A stretch of DNA of 64,000 bases from an uncultured Cytophagales bacterium (GTDB taxonomy: Bacteria; Bacteroidota; Bacteroidia; Cytophagales; JAAEPT01). The notes below the pieces were generated by a model. It was not told the origin of the DNA. It saw only the letters and a list, made by a program, of their open reading frames with translations, and ran no database searches. The stretch is from positions 2,886 through 66,885 of the forward strand of contig CAWKJU010000005.1 in the NCBI GenBank assembly GCA_963849955.1, given 5' to 3'. This document shows, one piece after another, positions 38,216-47,797 of the stretch (position 1 is the first letter of the stretch; every line of letters starts with the position of its first letter). A program made the position numbers and the translations under genes.

Positions 38216-39934
38216 ATGAAAAAACCACTACTTTATTTAATGTTATTAATTGCAAGTGCTGTTTTCTCCCAAAATTGTGGGTGTGATCACACGCTTACTA
38301 AATCTGGTATAATCAGTGCTGATGACGATGTTTTTGTAACCAAACCAAAGGCTGGCGATGTTATTTGTATACAAGCAGGTAATTACGGGTATTTTCGTTT
38401 TTTTGATTTTGTTGGAGAGAAGGGTAACCCAATAGTTTTCAAAAACTGTGGAGGCAAAGTAGTTATCTCGGATAACACCTATACAGGTATTCAATTTAGA
38501 AAATCTAAGTATATTGTTATTGATGGTTCGGGTTCAAATCAGCATGAATATGGAATAAAGATTGCCAAAGCAAAATCAGCAGGAGTGAGTATTTCAGATT
38601 TTTCATCCGATACTGAAATACATCACCTAGAAATTACGAATACTGGTTTCGCCTGCATAGTGGCAAAAACAGATCCTGATTGTTTTGATGAGAGTGCTTG
38701 GAGGGGTAATTTTGTAATGGAAAATTTACACTTTCACCATAACTATTTGCATGATAATAAGGAAGGTGAGGGGTTTTATATAGGGTATACGAGCAACTAT
38801 GAGTTAGGAAAAGCGGTCAAATGCCAATTAATTGACCCAGTGACAAATGAAGTCATTGATTTTGAAAAGGTACTTTTTGGACATCTTATAAAAAACGTAG
38901 AGCTTGATCACAACAAATTTGTTAATATAGCTTGGGATGGATTACAAATATCTCAAGCCACAGAAGGGGTAAAGGTTCATGATAATTACTTGGAAAACTA
39001 TGGGATTTTGACAGATAGACCCGATCAAAGACAGGGAATTGCCATTGGCTCAGGTACAAGTGGTGAGATTTATAGCAATTTAATTGTGGGAGGGGTAAGT
39101 CATGGAATATCGAACTTTGGACTAGGTCCAATATACATCTTTAACAACATCATTATCAATTCAGGTGAAAGAGGAATTTATTGTGATCAACAAAGCTCAA
39201 TTGCACCTGGCAATGGGTATTACATTGCTAATAACACAATAGTGCGGCCAGCGTTGAATGGTATTTTCTATAATAATGGAGTTAATCTGTTAACGAGTCC
39301 ATTTGTATGTTATAACAATCTAATTGTAGATCCAGGTATTTATGAAACTGAACTCGCTGCAAACTATTGGGCAGATCCCAAAAAACAGTCTTATATTGGT
39401 TTTAAGACGAAAGAATCTTTTGCACTTGCAGAAAACACCTTAAAAAATAATATCTATATATTGGATATCGATGATGTTAAGTTTGTTGATCCTGATTTTG
39501 GTTCTTGGGGGCTAGCAAAAGGTTCGATAGCGATTGATTCAGGCTTAACGCAGGAAGTGATAGATGTTTTTGGATATGATACGGATTTTAGTGGTTTTAA
39601 ACGAACGGGAAACTTTGATGTAGGAGCATTTGAATATGGTAATCCAGTTGGCATAGAAGATTTGAAAAGTTCATCAGAAAAAATTTCTGTATATCCAAAT
39701 CCAGTAAAAAAAGGAAATGAATTTGAATTAAGTTTAGATACACCTCAATCTGGAAAGTTCCAAGTGAGTTTAATATCTTTCCTGGGAAAGGAAAATATTA
39801 CTTTGTTCGACTCCCTGTATTTAAACGAGGGTAGCCAAAAATTGAAAGTTGATACTAAATTACCTTCTGGAATGTATCTATTAAAAGTCGTTGGAGATGG
39901 ATACTTCGAAGTAACTAAACTTCAAATTAAATAA
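38216..39934 (+). CDS. right-handed parallel beta-helix protein with T9SS CTD
   Basis: Signal peptide MKKPLLYLMLLIASAVFSQ, repeated beta-helix turns (N.I.N..., HHNYLHDN, IFNNIIINS) and a C-terminal ISVYPNPVKKGNEFELSL...MYLLKVVGDGYFEVTKLQIK. Confidence 0.75.
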   Translation: MKKPLLYLMLLIASAVFSQNCGCDHTLTKSGIISADDDVFVTKPKAGDVICIQAGNYGYFRFFDFVGEKGNPIVFKNCGGKVVISDNTYTGIQFRKSKYIVIDGSGSNQHEYGIKIAKAKSAGVSISDFSSDTEIHHLEITNTGFACIVAKTDPDCFDESAWRGNFVMENLHFHHNYLHDNKEGEGFYIGYTSNYELGKAVKCQLIDPVTNEVIDFEKVLFGHLIKNVELDHNKFVNIAWDGLQISQATEGVKVHDNYLENYGILTDRPDQRQGIAIGSGTSGEIYSNLIVGGVSHGISNFGLGPIYIFNNIIINSGERGIYCDQQSSIAPGNGYYIANNTIVRPALNGIFYNNGVNLLTSPFVCYNNLIVDPGIYETELAANYWADPKKQSYIGFKTKESFALAENTLKNNIYILDIDDVKFVDPDFGSWGLAKGSIAIDSGLTQEVIDVFGYDTDFSGFKRTGNFDVGAFEYGNPVGIEDLKSSSEKISVYPNPVKKGNEFELSLDTPQSGKFQVSLISFLGKENITLFDSLYLNEGSQKLKVDTKLPSGMYLLKVVGDGYFEVTKLQIK

Positions 39935-39941
39935 TATATCA

Positions 39942-40766
39942 GTGAACTACTTACTTAACAACCTTACAGTTGAAGAACTAATTCAACTTGGGAAAGATAA
40001 TCATGACGCATATGTCAATAACACTCCTTTTCCAAACTATAGTTTCGATGAATTATTGAATCCTGAGTTTTTGGATAAAGTCTTAGCGGAATTTCCATCC
40101 TTAGAAAATGGAGGGATTAAGTTCGATGATGCTAATCAAATTAAGTATGCATCTGTGGGCGAAAAGCAGTTTGGAGATAATACGAAAATCTTAATGCATT
40201 TTTTAAATTCTGAGCCCTTTCTAGAGTTTTTATCCAACTTAACAGGTATTCAAGATTTAATAGCAGATCCATATTTTGAAGGTGGAGGTTATCATCAAAG
40301 TAAAGCGGGAGGTATGTTGAAAATTCATGCTGATTTCAACAAAAATAGAAAATTAGGCCTAGATAGACGTATAAATGTACTAGTTTATCTCAATAAGGAT
40401 TGGGATGAATCATATGGTGGACATTTTGAGTTATGGGATAAGGATATGAAAAAGTGTGAACAACGTATTTTGCCAATATTTAATCGTATGGCAATGTTTA
40501 GTACAACATCCACTTCCTATCATGGTTTACCAGAACCGATTACATGTCCTGATGATCGATCAAGACAATCGCTAGCTTTATATTACTATACAAATGGACG
40601 CCCAGATGAAGAGGTTATACCTGGTAAAGAAGATCATAGAACACTATTTAAACAACGACCAGGCAAGAAGAATGAAGGAGATAAATTGTCCGTTAAAACG
40701 GTGTTAGAGGCAATAACTCCTCCAATTATTATGAACAATATAAAGAAAGCAATAAAAAAGAAATAG
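39942..40766 (+). CDS. 2OG-Fe(II) oxygenase superfamily protein (prolyl-4-hydroxylase/Tpa1-like)
   Basis: KIHADFN (HxD), distal SYHGLPEP and RQSLALYYY (2OG-binding Arg region). GTG start. Confidence 0.65.
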   Translation: MNYLLNNLTVEELIQLGKDNHDAYVNNTPFPNYSFDELLNPEFLDKVLAEFPSLENGGIKFDDANQIKYASVGEKQFGDNTKILMHFLNSEPFLEFLSNLTGIQDLIADPYFEGGGYHQSKAGGMLKIHADFNKNRKLGLDRRINVLVYLNKDWDESYGGHFELWDKDMKKCEQRILPIFNRMAMFSTTSTSYHGLPEPITCPDDRSRQSLALYYYTNGRPDEEVIPGKEDHRTLFKQRPGKKNEGDKLSVKTVLEAITPPIIMNNIKKAIKKK

Positions 40767-40774
40767 TCTTGAAG

Positions 40775-40806
40775 AAAGTCATGCGATTATTCGCATGACT
40801 TTTTAT
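40775..40806 (+). terminator. intrinsic terminator after the 2OG oxygenase gene
   Basis: AAAGTCATGCGA / TTAT / TCGCATGACTTT followed by TTTTAT. The hairpin overlaps the last codons of the convergent 40787 gene. Confidence 0.7.
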
Positions 40807-41539
40807 ATTCAAGGATTAATACTTCGATTTTTTTTCCTAACAATGCTTCCAATTCTATTTTTGATATTTGATAATCCTTTTCAGCATTTAATGTTTTAAT
40901 TTTTTGGTTGTTTACATTCGTTAACCCATCTAAATAAGCTTCATAAGAGACTTCATCATTTTTAAATTGGTTTTCAACTAATGCTAATTTTGAAGTAGCA
41001 TCTTCAAGTGCTTTATTGTGTATGAGGAACACCGTTTTTAGTGATTTAAATGACATGTAGCGTATTAGAACCTCACTCCTAAGTTTGAGATTATACATTT
41101 CTTTTTCATTTTCTTTAATATAATACTCCTCTTTCGCGATTTGTTTATTGAGTGGTTGGGTGAAAAATGTACCTAAAGTAAAACTCACACCAATGTTATA
41201 TCTTGGGTAAAATAGGTTTCGTGCAACAGTTTCGTCTGGTGGGTTTATGGTAAATTCATTAAGGTTACCCCGTATCAAGAAATTGTTTAAAAAATCATAA
41301 TTAGCTAATGCTTTTTCTTTTTTTGCTATAAAAATTCTACTATCAAATTGTTCTTTTTCCGGGTAGTAGTTTTGGGAGGTACTCACCAATAAATTTAAAA
41401 ACTCTTCATTTTCAGGTAATTCTGAATTTAAAAACAGAGATGTAGAGTCCGTTTTTAACTGAGCCATACCGCTTACAAAGAAGAGTGAAAAAATAATGGT
41501 GAATAAGCTAATTGGTTGAGTTTTCTGGTAGTTCATCAT
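40787..41539 (-). CDS. secreted coiled-coil protein, half-size TolC/OEP-like (tentative)
   Basis: Signal peptide plus a pattern resembling one repeat of outer-membrane efflux proteins (YPRYNIGVSFT..., long heptad helices, ...ELEALLG). Its start overlaps the Wzy-like gene by 32 nt. Confidence 0.35.
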   Translation of the reverse strand: MMNYQKTQPISLFTIIFSLFFVSGMAQLKTDSTSLFLNSELPENEEFLNLLVSTSQNYYPEKEQFDSRIFIAKKEKALANYDFLNNFLIRGNLNEFTINPPDETVARNLFYPRYNIGVSFTLGTFFTQPLNKQIAKEEYYIKENEKEMYNLKLRSEVLIRYMSFKSLKTVFLIHNKALEDATSKLALVENQFKNDEVSYEAYLDGLTNVNNQKIKTLNAEKDYQISKIELEALLGKKIEVLILEYKKSCE

Positions 41540-43016
41540 CTAAGTATTTTAGCTTGGTAACAAGTGCAAAAGTTGCATAAAACAATAAGTTCATTGGGCG
41601 TTGTCCCACAGCTACTTGTGCATAGTTAGCAATAGTGACAGCAAAGAAACACCCTAAATAAAGTAAATACAAGTTCTTTATGACTGAATTTTTTGATTTG
41701 AAGTAATTGTTGATGCCTACCGCCATTACCAGGAAGTAAAGTCCATAGTCAATGATTAGACCTATCCAACCTGTTTCCATGGCTGTTTTTAGCATGCCAC
41801 TATCAGGAGGAAAGCCTGCCAATGGATGATTTGGAGAAAATCGCATACCCATCGTACCTGAGGAAGCTACACCTCCTCCTATAGGGTGTTCTTGAAGAAA
41901 AGGTTGTATTTGTCGTCTATTTTCTTCTCGCACGTTGTATGACGCATCTTCTTCTGCCGAGAAAGTTGACCGAATTCGTGTAATGGGTCCAGAATGAAAA
42001 GGCCCAAATATTACAAATAATAATGAAACTGATAATGCAATGCTAAAGATGAGGGTGCGCTTATTGTTGGCAGTCATAAGCATGAATAGACCAAGGCCTA
42101 CTGGTACCGCAGCATAGGCTGTTCTAGTTCCTGAAAACGACATGGATATGAAAATCAAGACACCTGAAACCAAAGCTAAAAGCTTCTTTTTATTACTATA
42201 TGGTCCTGTCGCTAAAATAAATGAAGCTATGCCACAATAAGCCATGAAAATACCAAATGTGGCGGCATCCGATAAAAAAGACATACGCCTGAATCTTCCC
42301 CATATGAAAACCAACTTAAATCGACCTTCTGAGCTGAATATCCATCGGTTTTCAAAATCAGCAAAGCCAAATATTTCTTGATAGATACCATATAGTGCTG
42401 CTAAGACAGCTAGTGCTAACCAAAATTTAGTGAATAGCTTTACTGATTCTAAGCTGTTGAATGCATGCATGGAAATCACGTACATAATCACGAAACTCAA
42501 AATTCCACGAATCATAAATGACCATCCCGAAAGGTTCAACGCATTGGGATTGAATGCTTGGAAAATAAAGTAAGCAACATATATAAAAATTCCCACCGAA
42601 ATAGGATTGCCAAATTGCTTTATAGAGTTTGTTGATTTGTTTCTCTGTAATAGCAATCCGAGTGAAGAAGTGACTAAAAAAAGTTCTATTAAAACACCTG
42701 TTTGTAAATCATACATGCCCAGAACCCGGTTAACATGAAAGATGAAGTAGGAGACAAAAATACAACTTAGCATTCCAAACTGGATGTTGAGTAAACTTGC
42801 TACCACAATAGGGGTGCCTAATAAAGCAATAATAATTACTGCAGCAATTATAATCCCTGTTTTAGCAATAACTAAGGTAAAAAACAGACTGATAAATGTA
42901 ATGAGGCAATAGCCAATAATATTACCCAATTTTTCTTCAAAAATGATACGCTCTAAAAAGTTAGCTACTTGAGTAGAAAATTTCTTTTTCTTTAATATGG
43001 ATACAATAGTATTCAT
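41508..43016 (-). CDS. O-antigen ligase/polymerase family membrane protein (Wzy-like)
   Basis: About 12 TM helices with a large loop (SFSGTRTAYAAV) typical of the Wzy_C/O-antigen ligase family. Confidence 0.7.
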   Translation of the reverse strand: MNTIVSILKKKKFSTQVANFLERIIFEEKLGNIIGYCLITFISLFFTLVIAKTGIIIAAVIIIALLGTPIVVASLLNIQFGMLSCIFVSYFIFHVNRVLGMYDLQTGVLIELFLVTSSLGLLLQRNKSTNSIKQFGNPISVGIFIYVAYFIFQAFNPNALNLSGWSFMIRGILSFVIMYVISMHAFNSLESVKLFTKFWLALAVLAALYGIYQEIFGFADFENRWIFSSEGRFKLVFIWGRFRRMSFLSDAATFGIFMAYCGIASFILATGPYSNKKKLLALVSGVLIFISMSFSGTRTAYAAVPVGLGLFMLMTANNKRTLIFSIALSVSLLFVIFGPFHSGPITRIRSTFSAEEDASYNVREENRRQIQPFLQEHPIGGGVASSGTMGMRFSPNHPLAGFPPDSGMLKTAMETGWIGLIIDYGLYFLVMAVGINNYFKSKNSVIKNLYLLYLGCFFAVTIANYAQVAVGQRPMNLLFYATFALVTKLKYLDDELPENSTN

Positions 43017-43104
43017 TAATTAAAAAATCAAAATCTTTAAACTGAAGACAATATATGTTCCTAAGACGAATAAGATAGAGGCTATTTGAATTATTTTTTC
43101 TAAA

Positions 43105-44331
43105 TCAGTCATGCTTATTGTCAATAGTTGTATGTGCTTTAACAACATTTAAGAAGCTTTCAGCTCTTGCTTCCCAATTATTTTTTGTTGCTTTTTCTAT
43201 TCGGGATGATCTTAAACTAGGAGAGTTAGACGATATAGCTAAGTCAATTTTTTCGGTAAAATCTTCATGACTTTCAGCAATATAAATAACATCATTGAAC
43301 TCTAAGATATCTTCAGAAAAATTTGTGGAAACAACAGGTAATCCTGCCGCTAAATATTCATTGATTTTTAAAGGATAAATACTTTTAGTCAATTTACTTA
43401 GTTTAAAAGGAATAATAGCTACGCTTGCAAATTTCATGTATTTAGGAAGCTCTTGTATGGGTTTTCCTCCTAAAAACTTCACGTTTTCCATTTCATGTAG
43501 TCCTATTGATTTATGTTCATTGGTGTTGATAGGTCCAATAATGAGTAACAGTTTATTCGAATGTGTATCTGCTATTTTTTTTAATAAAGGAAAATCATCA
43601 CGGTCTTTGATGTTGCCAATATAGATGATAATATCTCGGATTTCATTTTTTATCTCCTCAGGCTTTTCAAAATTTTGATTGATTGTTTCTTGAAATAAAC
43701 TAAAATCTGCTGCATTGGGCAAATAAGTGACTTTTTTGGCAGTTAGCTTACATTTTTTTTCTAACTCTCTTGATGTAGCAAATACTAAGTCAGCAGATTT
43801 TAATGCTCGTATTTCTTGTTCTACACCATGCTTATTGATATAAATTGCTTCACTAATGTCGTCTACCGTGTAGTAGATGTTTAGTTTAGGTGCTGGCTTT
43901 ATAGTAAGTTTTTTTACATAAAATGGATTAAATACATTTAAATAAATGTAGTCTGAGATGTTGTATTGTTTGATAACTGCTTTGACAAGGTTTGTGATAA
44001 ACCAATTGTTGATACCCATAAAAAAATCATATGTTTTACCTTGAGGTAGCCAATTAATAGGAAGCATCAGCGGTGGGGTCACACAAACTAAATTGGGGTA
44101 ATCGCTTAATGGTGTTTTAAACTTGTTTTTCCCAAATAAGAGCGCATCTTTTCGTTGTTGAATTTCTGAGGAGTTATAGTTGGAAATGAAGTCTTTATAG
44201 GTAAAAGGGTTGTCGACATAAAAAACCCTTCTGGACTTTGACAATTCTTTGGCTAAAGAATAAGTGGTAGAAGAGTAGGGGGAATCCCATCTAACGAGTC
44301 CTAAAATAATCACGTCAGTGCTTTTGTTCAT
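43105..44331 (-). CDS. GT4 (family-1 fold) glycosyltransferase
   Basis: C-terminal KINEYLAAGLPVVST motif and a two-Rossmann layout. Confidence 0.7.
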   Translation of the reverse strand: MNKSTDVIILGLVRWDSPYSSTTYSLAKELSKSRRVFYVDNPFTYKDFISNYNSSEIQQRKDALLFGKNKFKTPLSDYPNLVCVTPPLMLPINWLPQGKTYDFFMGINNWFITNLVKAVIKQYNISDYIYLNVFNPFYVKKLTIKPAPKLNIYYTVDDISEAIYINKHGVEQEIRALKSADLVFATSRELEKKCKLTAKKVTYLPNAADFSLFQETINQNFEKPEEIKNEIRDIIIYIGNIKDRDDFPLLKKIADTHSNKLLLIIGPINTNEHKSIGLHEMENVKFLGGKPIQELPKYMKFASVAIIPFKLSKLTKSIYPLKINEYLAAGLPVVSTNFSEDILEFNDVIYIAESHEDFTEKIDLAISSNSPSLRSSRIEKATKNNWEARAESFLNVVKAHTTIDNKHD

Positions 44332-44335
44332 TGAC

Positions 44336-45685
44336 TTATGATTTGGTTATTTTTTGATACATAAACAAATAAGGTGTTTTAAAATGCTTAAAAACATTCC
44401 AAAGACTTACTCCAATTACTTTTTTTAGTACTAGTTGACTAACACTAACTGAAATAACATAAGTAGCTAAGGTGCCATAAGCCGCACCAATAACCCCATA
44501 TTTATGAATAAAGATATAATTAAAAGCCAAATTTAAAATTGCACTAAATAAAACCAGATAAAAATTCCATTGGGGTTTGTTTAGCGCGTTACAGGCGTTG
44601 GCAAACTGTCTTGAGGCAGGAATAAATAAAGAGTAAATAGCAGTGACTTGTAAGATTGGTATTGCTTCATCGTATTTACCTCCCGAAGTAATATTGATGA
44701 TGAAATCTGGAATAAATATTACAATGATTACAGTCGGTATTAGTAAGGCCATTAATCCACCTACGGATTGTTCATAAAGAATTTTCACTCCTTCATGCCC
44801 CTTGGTTTTCATGTTTTCTACACTTTTAGGGAAAACCACATCTGAAATAGCCATAGAAGGTGTTTCTATGATGTTAGCTATTCTTACGGCTACGTTGTAG
44901 TTTGCTACAGCGGTTGGGTTAACATAAGCACCAAGCATCAATTGGTCGGTACCTCTTAAGATTACAGAACAGATATTGGTGGTAAAAGTGAATTTTCCAT
45001 AATCGAGCAATTTTTTTACCCATTCCCACTCAAGCGATTTTGAAAAAATAAGGAATTTATAAACGAAGACGTAAGAAACTAAAGTACCTAAAACGATTGC
45101 CCCAGTATAAGCATACATTAAGAACTCCAGGTTGTTTAAGCTCGTGTCAAAGAAAAACAAATAAACCACTGCTAAGAAAAAACTTCCTTGACGCACAAAA
45201 TAGGCATAAAAGATTCCTTTAAAATCCATGAAGGCTTGTTGCACAAACTCAAATTGGAAAAACAAACTGAGAATGATTGTGGTGAACGCATAGTGGGATA
45301 ATAATGGTGCAAGTAGTGGAGCGTTTAGCTGGTCACTTGCAAATCCATTACAGGTCAGCATTAAAGTAGCACCAATGACCGCTACACTTATATTAATAAT
45401 GAAAGAGGCTGTAAAAATGCTCGGTTTATCACCCTCGTCACAATCATTTAAAAAGCGAATCAAGGGGCTTTTAATCAATCCGTTTCTTGAAACTTCTAGT
45501 ATAGTTGCAATGACAAGAAACAACGTCCAAATACCGTATTCTTCTTTTTGTAACACTTGTATTAGGAGTAAAAAACTACCTACACCAAAAATTAATGTTG
45601 ATAGACGCTGACTAATGGTAAAAAAGGTTGATTTATACCAGTAGGCGTTTTTACCTGAAAATTTTTCTTTTACTTTTTTTATCAT
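44336..45685 (-). CDS. Wzx-type oligosaccharide flippase (MOP superfamily)
   Basis: 449 aa, about 12-14 TM helices, polysaccharide-biosynthesis-protein pattern. Confidence 0.75.
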   Translation of the reverse strand: MIKKVKEKFSGKNAYWYKSTFFTISQRLSTLIFGVGSFLLLIQVLQKEEYGIWTLFLVIATILEVSRNGLIKSPLIRFLNDCDEGDKPSIFTASFIINISVAVIGATLMLTCNGFASDQLNAPLLAPLLSHYAFTTIILSLFFQFEFVQQAFMDFKGIFYAYFVRQGSFFLAVVYLFFFDTSLNNLEFLMYAYTGAIVLGTLVSYVFVYKFLIFSKSLEWEWVKKLLDYGKFTFTTNICSVILRGTDQLMLGAYVNPTAVANYNVAVRIANIIETPSMAISDVVFPKSVENMKTKGHEGVKILYEQSVGGLMALLIPTVIIVIFIPDFIINITSGGKYDEAIPILQVTAIYSLFIPASRQFANACNALNKPQWNFYLVLFSAILNLAFNYIFIHKYGVIGAAYGTLATYVISVSVSQLVLKKVIGVSLWNVFKHFKTPYLFMYQKITKS

Positions 45686-45821
45686 GGCACATCCTTTTCT
45701 GTAGGAAAAGGTGACATTGCTGATTCATTACTTACAAGAAGCGAATTTAGTTAATTAATCACTTCGAAAATCATTTAAAGAAATAACTTTGTTACTCAGG
45801 AGTTGAATTATCGATGCATAA

Positions 45822-46856
45822 GTGAAAAATCCAGTTTTTAATTTATCTATTTTAAGTGAGGGCATATCTAATCGTTTAGGTTGGATAGATTTTGCCAAAG
45901 GAGTTGCTATTATTGCCGTGGTATATAGGCATATTCTTTTTGGGTTGGAAGGTGCTGGACTGAAGTACCCTTCTATTTTTACAGATGCTTCTGTTATGAT
46001 TGAAAGCATTAGAATGCCGCTGTTTTTTATTCTTTCAGGTGTTTTTGTTCGAAGAAGTTTACAGAAAAAAAGTGGGAAAGAGTTTGCCTTAGGAAGGTTA
46101 GAATCGTTAATGTATCCTTATTTAGTGTGGACGGTTATTCAAATCACTATTCAGATTGCTTTTAGTAATTTTGCTAACTCTTCAAGAGGATTGAAAGATT
46201 ACCTCTATATATTCTATCAGCCACGAGCCATCGATCACTTTTGGTTTTTCTACGCCTTGTTTGCAGTGTCTATTTTTTATTTAATTATTTATAAGTTAAG
46301 CAAGGGGAATAAACTCGTATTAGCTGCTGTAGGTTTGTTTTTATACTTCATCTATCCATGGGTTCATATCAATGTTTTTGAGGATGTTTGCCGTTATTTG
46401 GTGTTTTTTGTGATGGGTGATTTACTAGCTGTTTATATCAGTAACCCGGAGAACAAAAAGCAGATTTCCTCTTTGTATGTTACTGTGTTTTTCTTGTCGT
46501 TGTTTTCTATTGGACAGTGGTATCTTTTTGGTCATTTAGAAAGTGGCCATCTTTTGTTAGCTTTAGTCTCCTTAGCGGGTAGTTTTTTGACTATTAATAT
46601 TGGGTTTATGATTGGAGATGCACCAGCCTTGAAATTTATTCGAATCATAGGGTTTCATTCTATGTATATTTACATTTTACATGTCTTAGTTGCAGGATTC
46701 ACGCGAGCAGTGCTCATGCGAATAGCACATATACATAATCCATACATCATTTTAATACTAGTGACGTTAGCAAGTGTGTTGGTACCTATTGTGTTTTATC
46801 ATTTGACGAAGAAAAAAGCATATTTCTTGTTTACCTTAAAAAAGCCCAAATCATGA
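45822..46856 (+). CDS. acyltransferase-3 family membrane O-acyltransferase (second copy)
   Basis: RLGWIDFAKGVAIIAVVYRH, RMPLFFILSGVF; about 10 TM helices. GTG start. Confidence 0.8.
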   Translation: MKNPVFNLSILSEGISNRLGWIDFAKGVAIIAVVYRHILFGLEGAGLKYPSIFTDASVMIESIRMPLFFILSGVFVRRSLQKKSGKEFALGRLESLMYPYLVWTVIQITIQIAFSNFANSSRGLKDYLYIFYQPRAIDHFWFFYALFAVSIFYLIIYKLSKGNKLVLAAVGLFLYFIYPWVHINVFEDVCRYLVFFVMGDLLAVYISNPENKKQISSLYVTVFFLSLFSIGQWYLFGHLESGHLLLALVSLAGSFLTINIGFMIGDAPALKFIRIIGFHSMYIYILHVLVAGFTRAVLMRIAHIHNPYIILILVTLASVLVPIVFYHLTKKKAYFLFTLKKPKS

Positions 46857-47797
46857 CTAATATCTCTAAAAAAGCAGATCCTCGTTTTCCTGATTTTATA
46901 GTAATTGGTGCAGGTAAAAGTGGTACCACATCTTTAGATCATTATTTGGCAGCTCATCCGAACATTTACATGAGTCCTGTTAAAGAACCTAATTTTTTTG
47001 CCTTAGAAGGATTTCAAATACCAAGTCCTCAAGAAGATCCAGAGAAATTATTTCATTACCCTCAGGCTATTACAGAGAAGGATGAATACCTGAAGTTATT
47101 TGATGCTGCGAATAAAGAAGCATTATTAGGAGAGGTCTCACCAATGTATTTATATTCAGAAAAAGCACCTCAACGTATTTTTGATTATAATCCCGACACT
47201 AAACTGATTGTGATTTTACGGCAACCTGCTGATAGACTATACTCGCGATATTTGCACCTGGCAAGGCAATCGGATACACCAACTGAAAATTTCTCAGATG
47301 CGTTAGATTCCACTACAATTTGGTGGCGAAGGGATGATTTAGTTCAAGAAGGTTTTTTTTATCGTGGACTGAGTAGGTATTATAACTTATTTCCAGCTGA
47401 AAATATAAAAGTTTATTTATACGAAGACTTGAAAAACTCTCAAGAGGAAGTTGTAAAATCGATGTTTGACTTCTTAGGGGTAGATAGTTCTTTTTCCCCT
47501 GACATGAGCGTTCAGTTTAACCAGTCAGGTATTATTAAAAACAAGTTTATGGATAGTTTGGTTGGACAAAAAAGTATTTTTAAGCGTGTAATAGAGCGGG
47601 TTTCACCAAACCTCTATGAATCATTCAAAAAGAATAATACCCTTCAGAAACTCGTTCAAGGAGCTCGTAAGAAAAACCTTGACCGGCCACTAATTGAAAA
47701 AGACATCAAACATCAATTGACTCATCAAGTTTACAAGGATGATATTTTAAAACTTCAAGACTTAATTGGTCGTGATTTGTCTGCTTGGTTATCTTAA
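46853..47797 (+). CDS. PAPS-dependent sulfotransferase
   Basis: 5'-PSB motif FIVIGAGKSGTTSL and 3'-PB motif ILRQPADRLYSRY. Overlaps the acyltransferase gene by 4 nt. Confidence 0.85.
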   Translation: MTNISKKADPRFPDFIVIGAGKSGTTSLDHYLAAHPNIYMSPVKEPNFFALEGFQIPSPQEDPEKLFHYPQAITEKDEYLKLFDAANKEALLGEVSPMYLYSEKAPQRIFDYNPDTKLIVILRQPADRLYSRYLHLARQSDTPTENFSDALDSTTIWWRRDDLVQEGFFYRGLSRYYNLFPAENIKVYLYEDLKNSQEEVVKSMFDFLGVDSSFSPDMSVQFNQSGIIKNKFMDSLVGQKSIFKRVIERVSPNLYESFKKNNTLQKLVQGARKKNLDRPLIEKDIKHQLTHQVYKDDILKLQDLIGRDLSAWLS

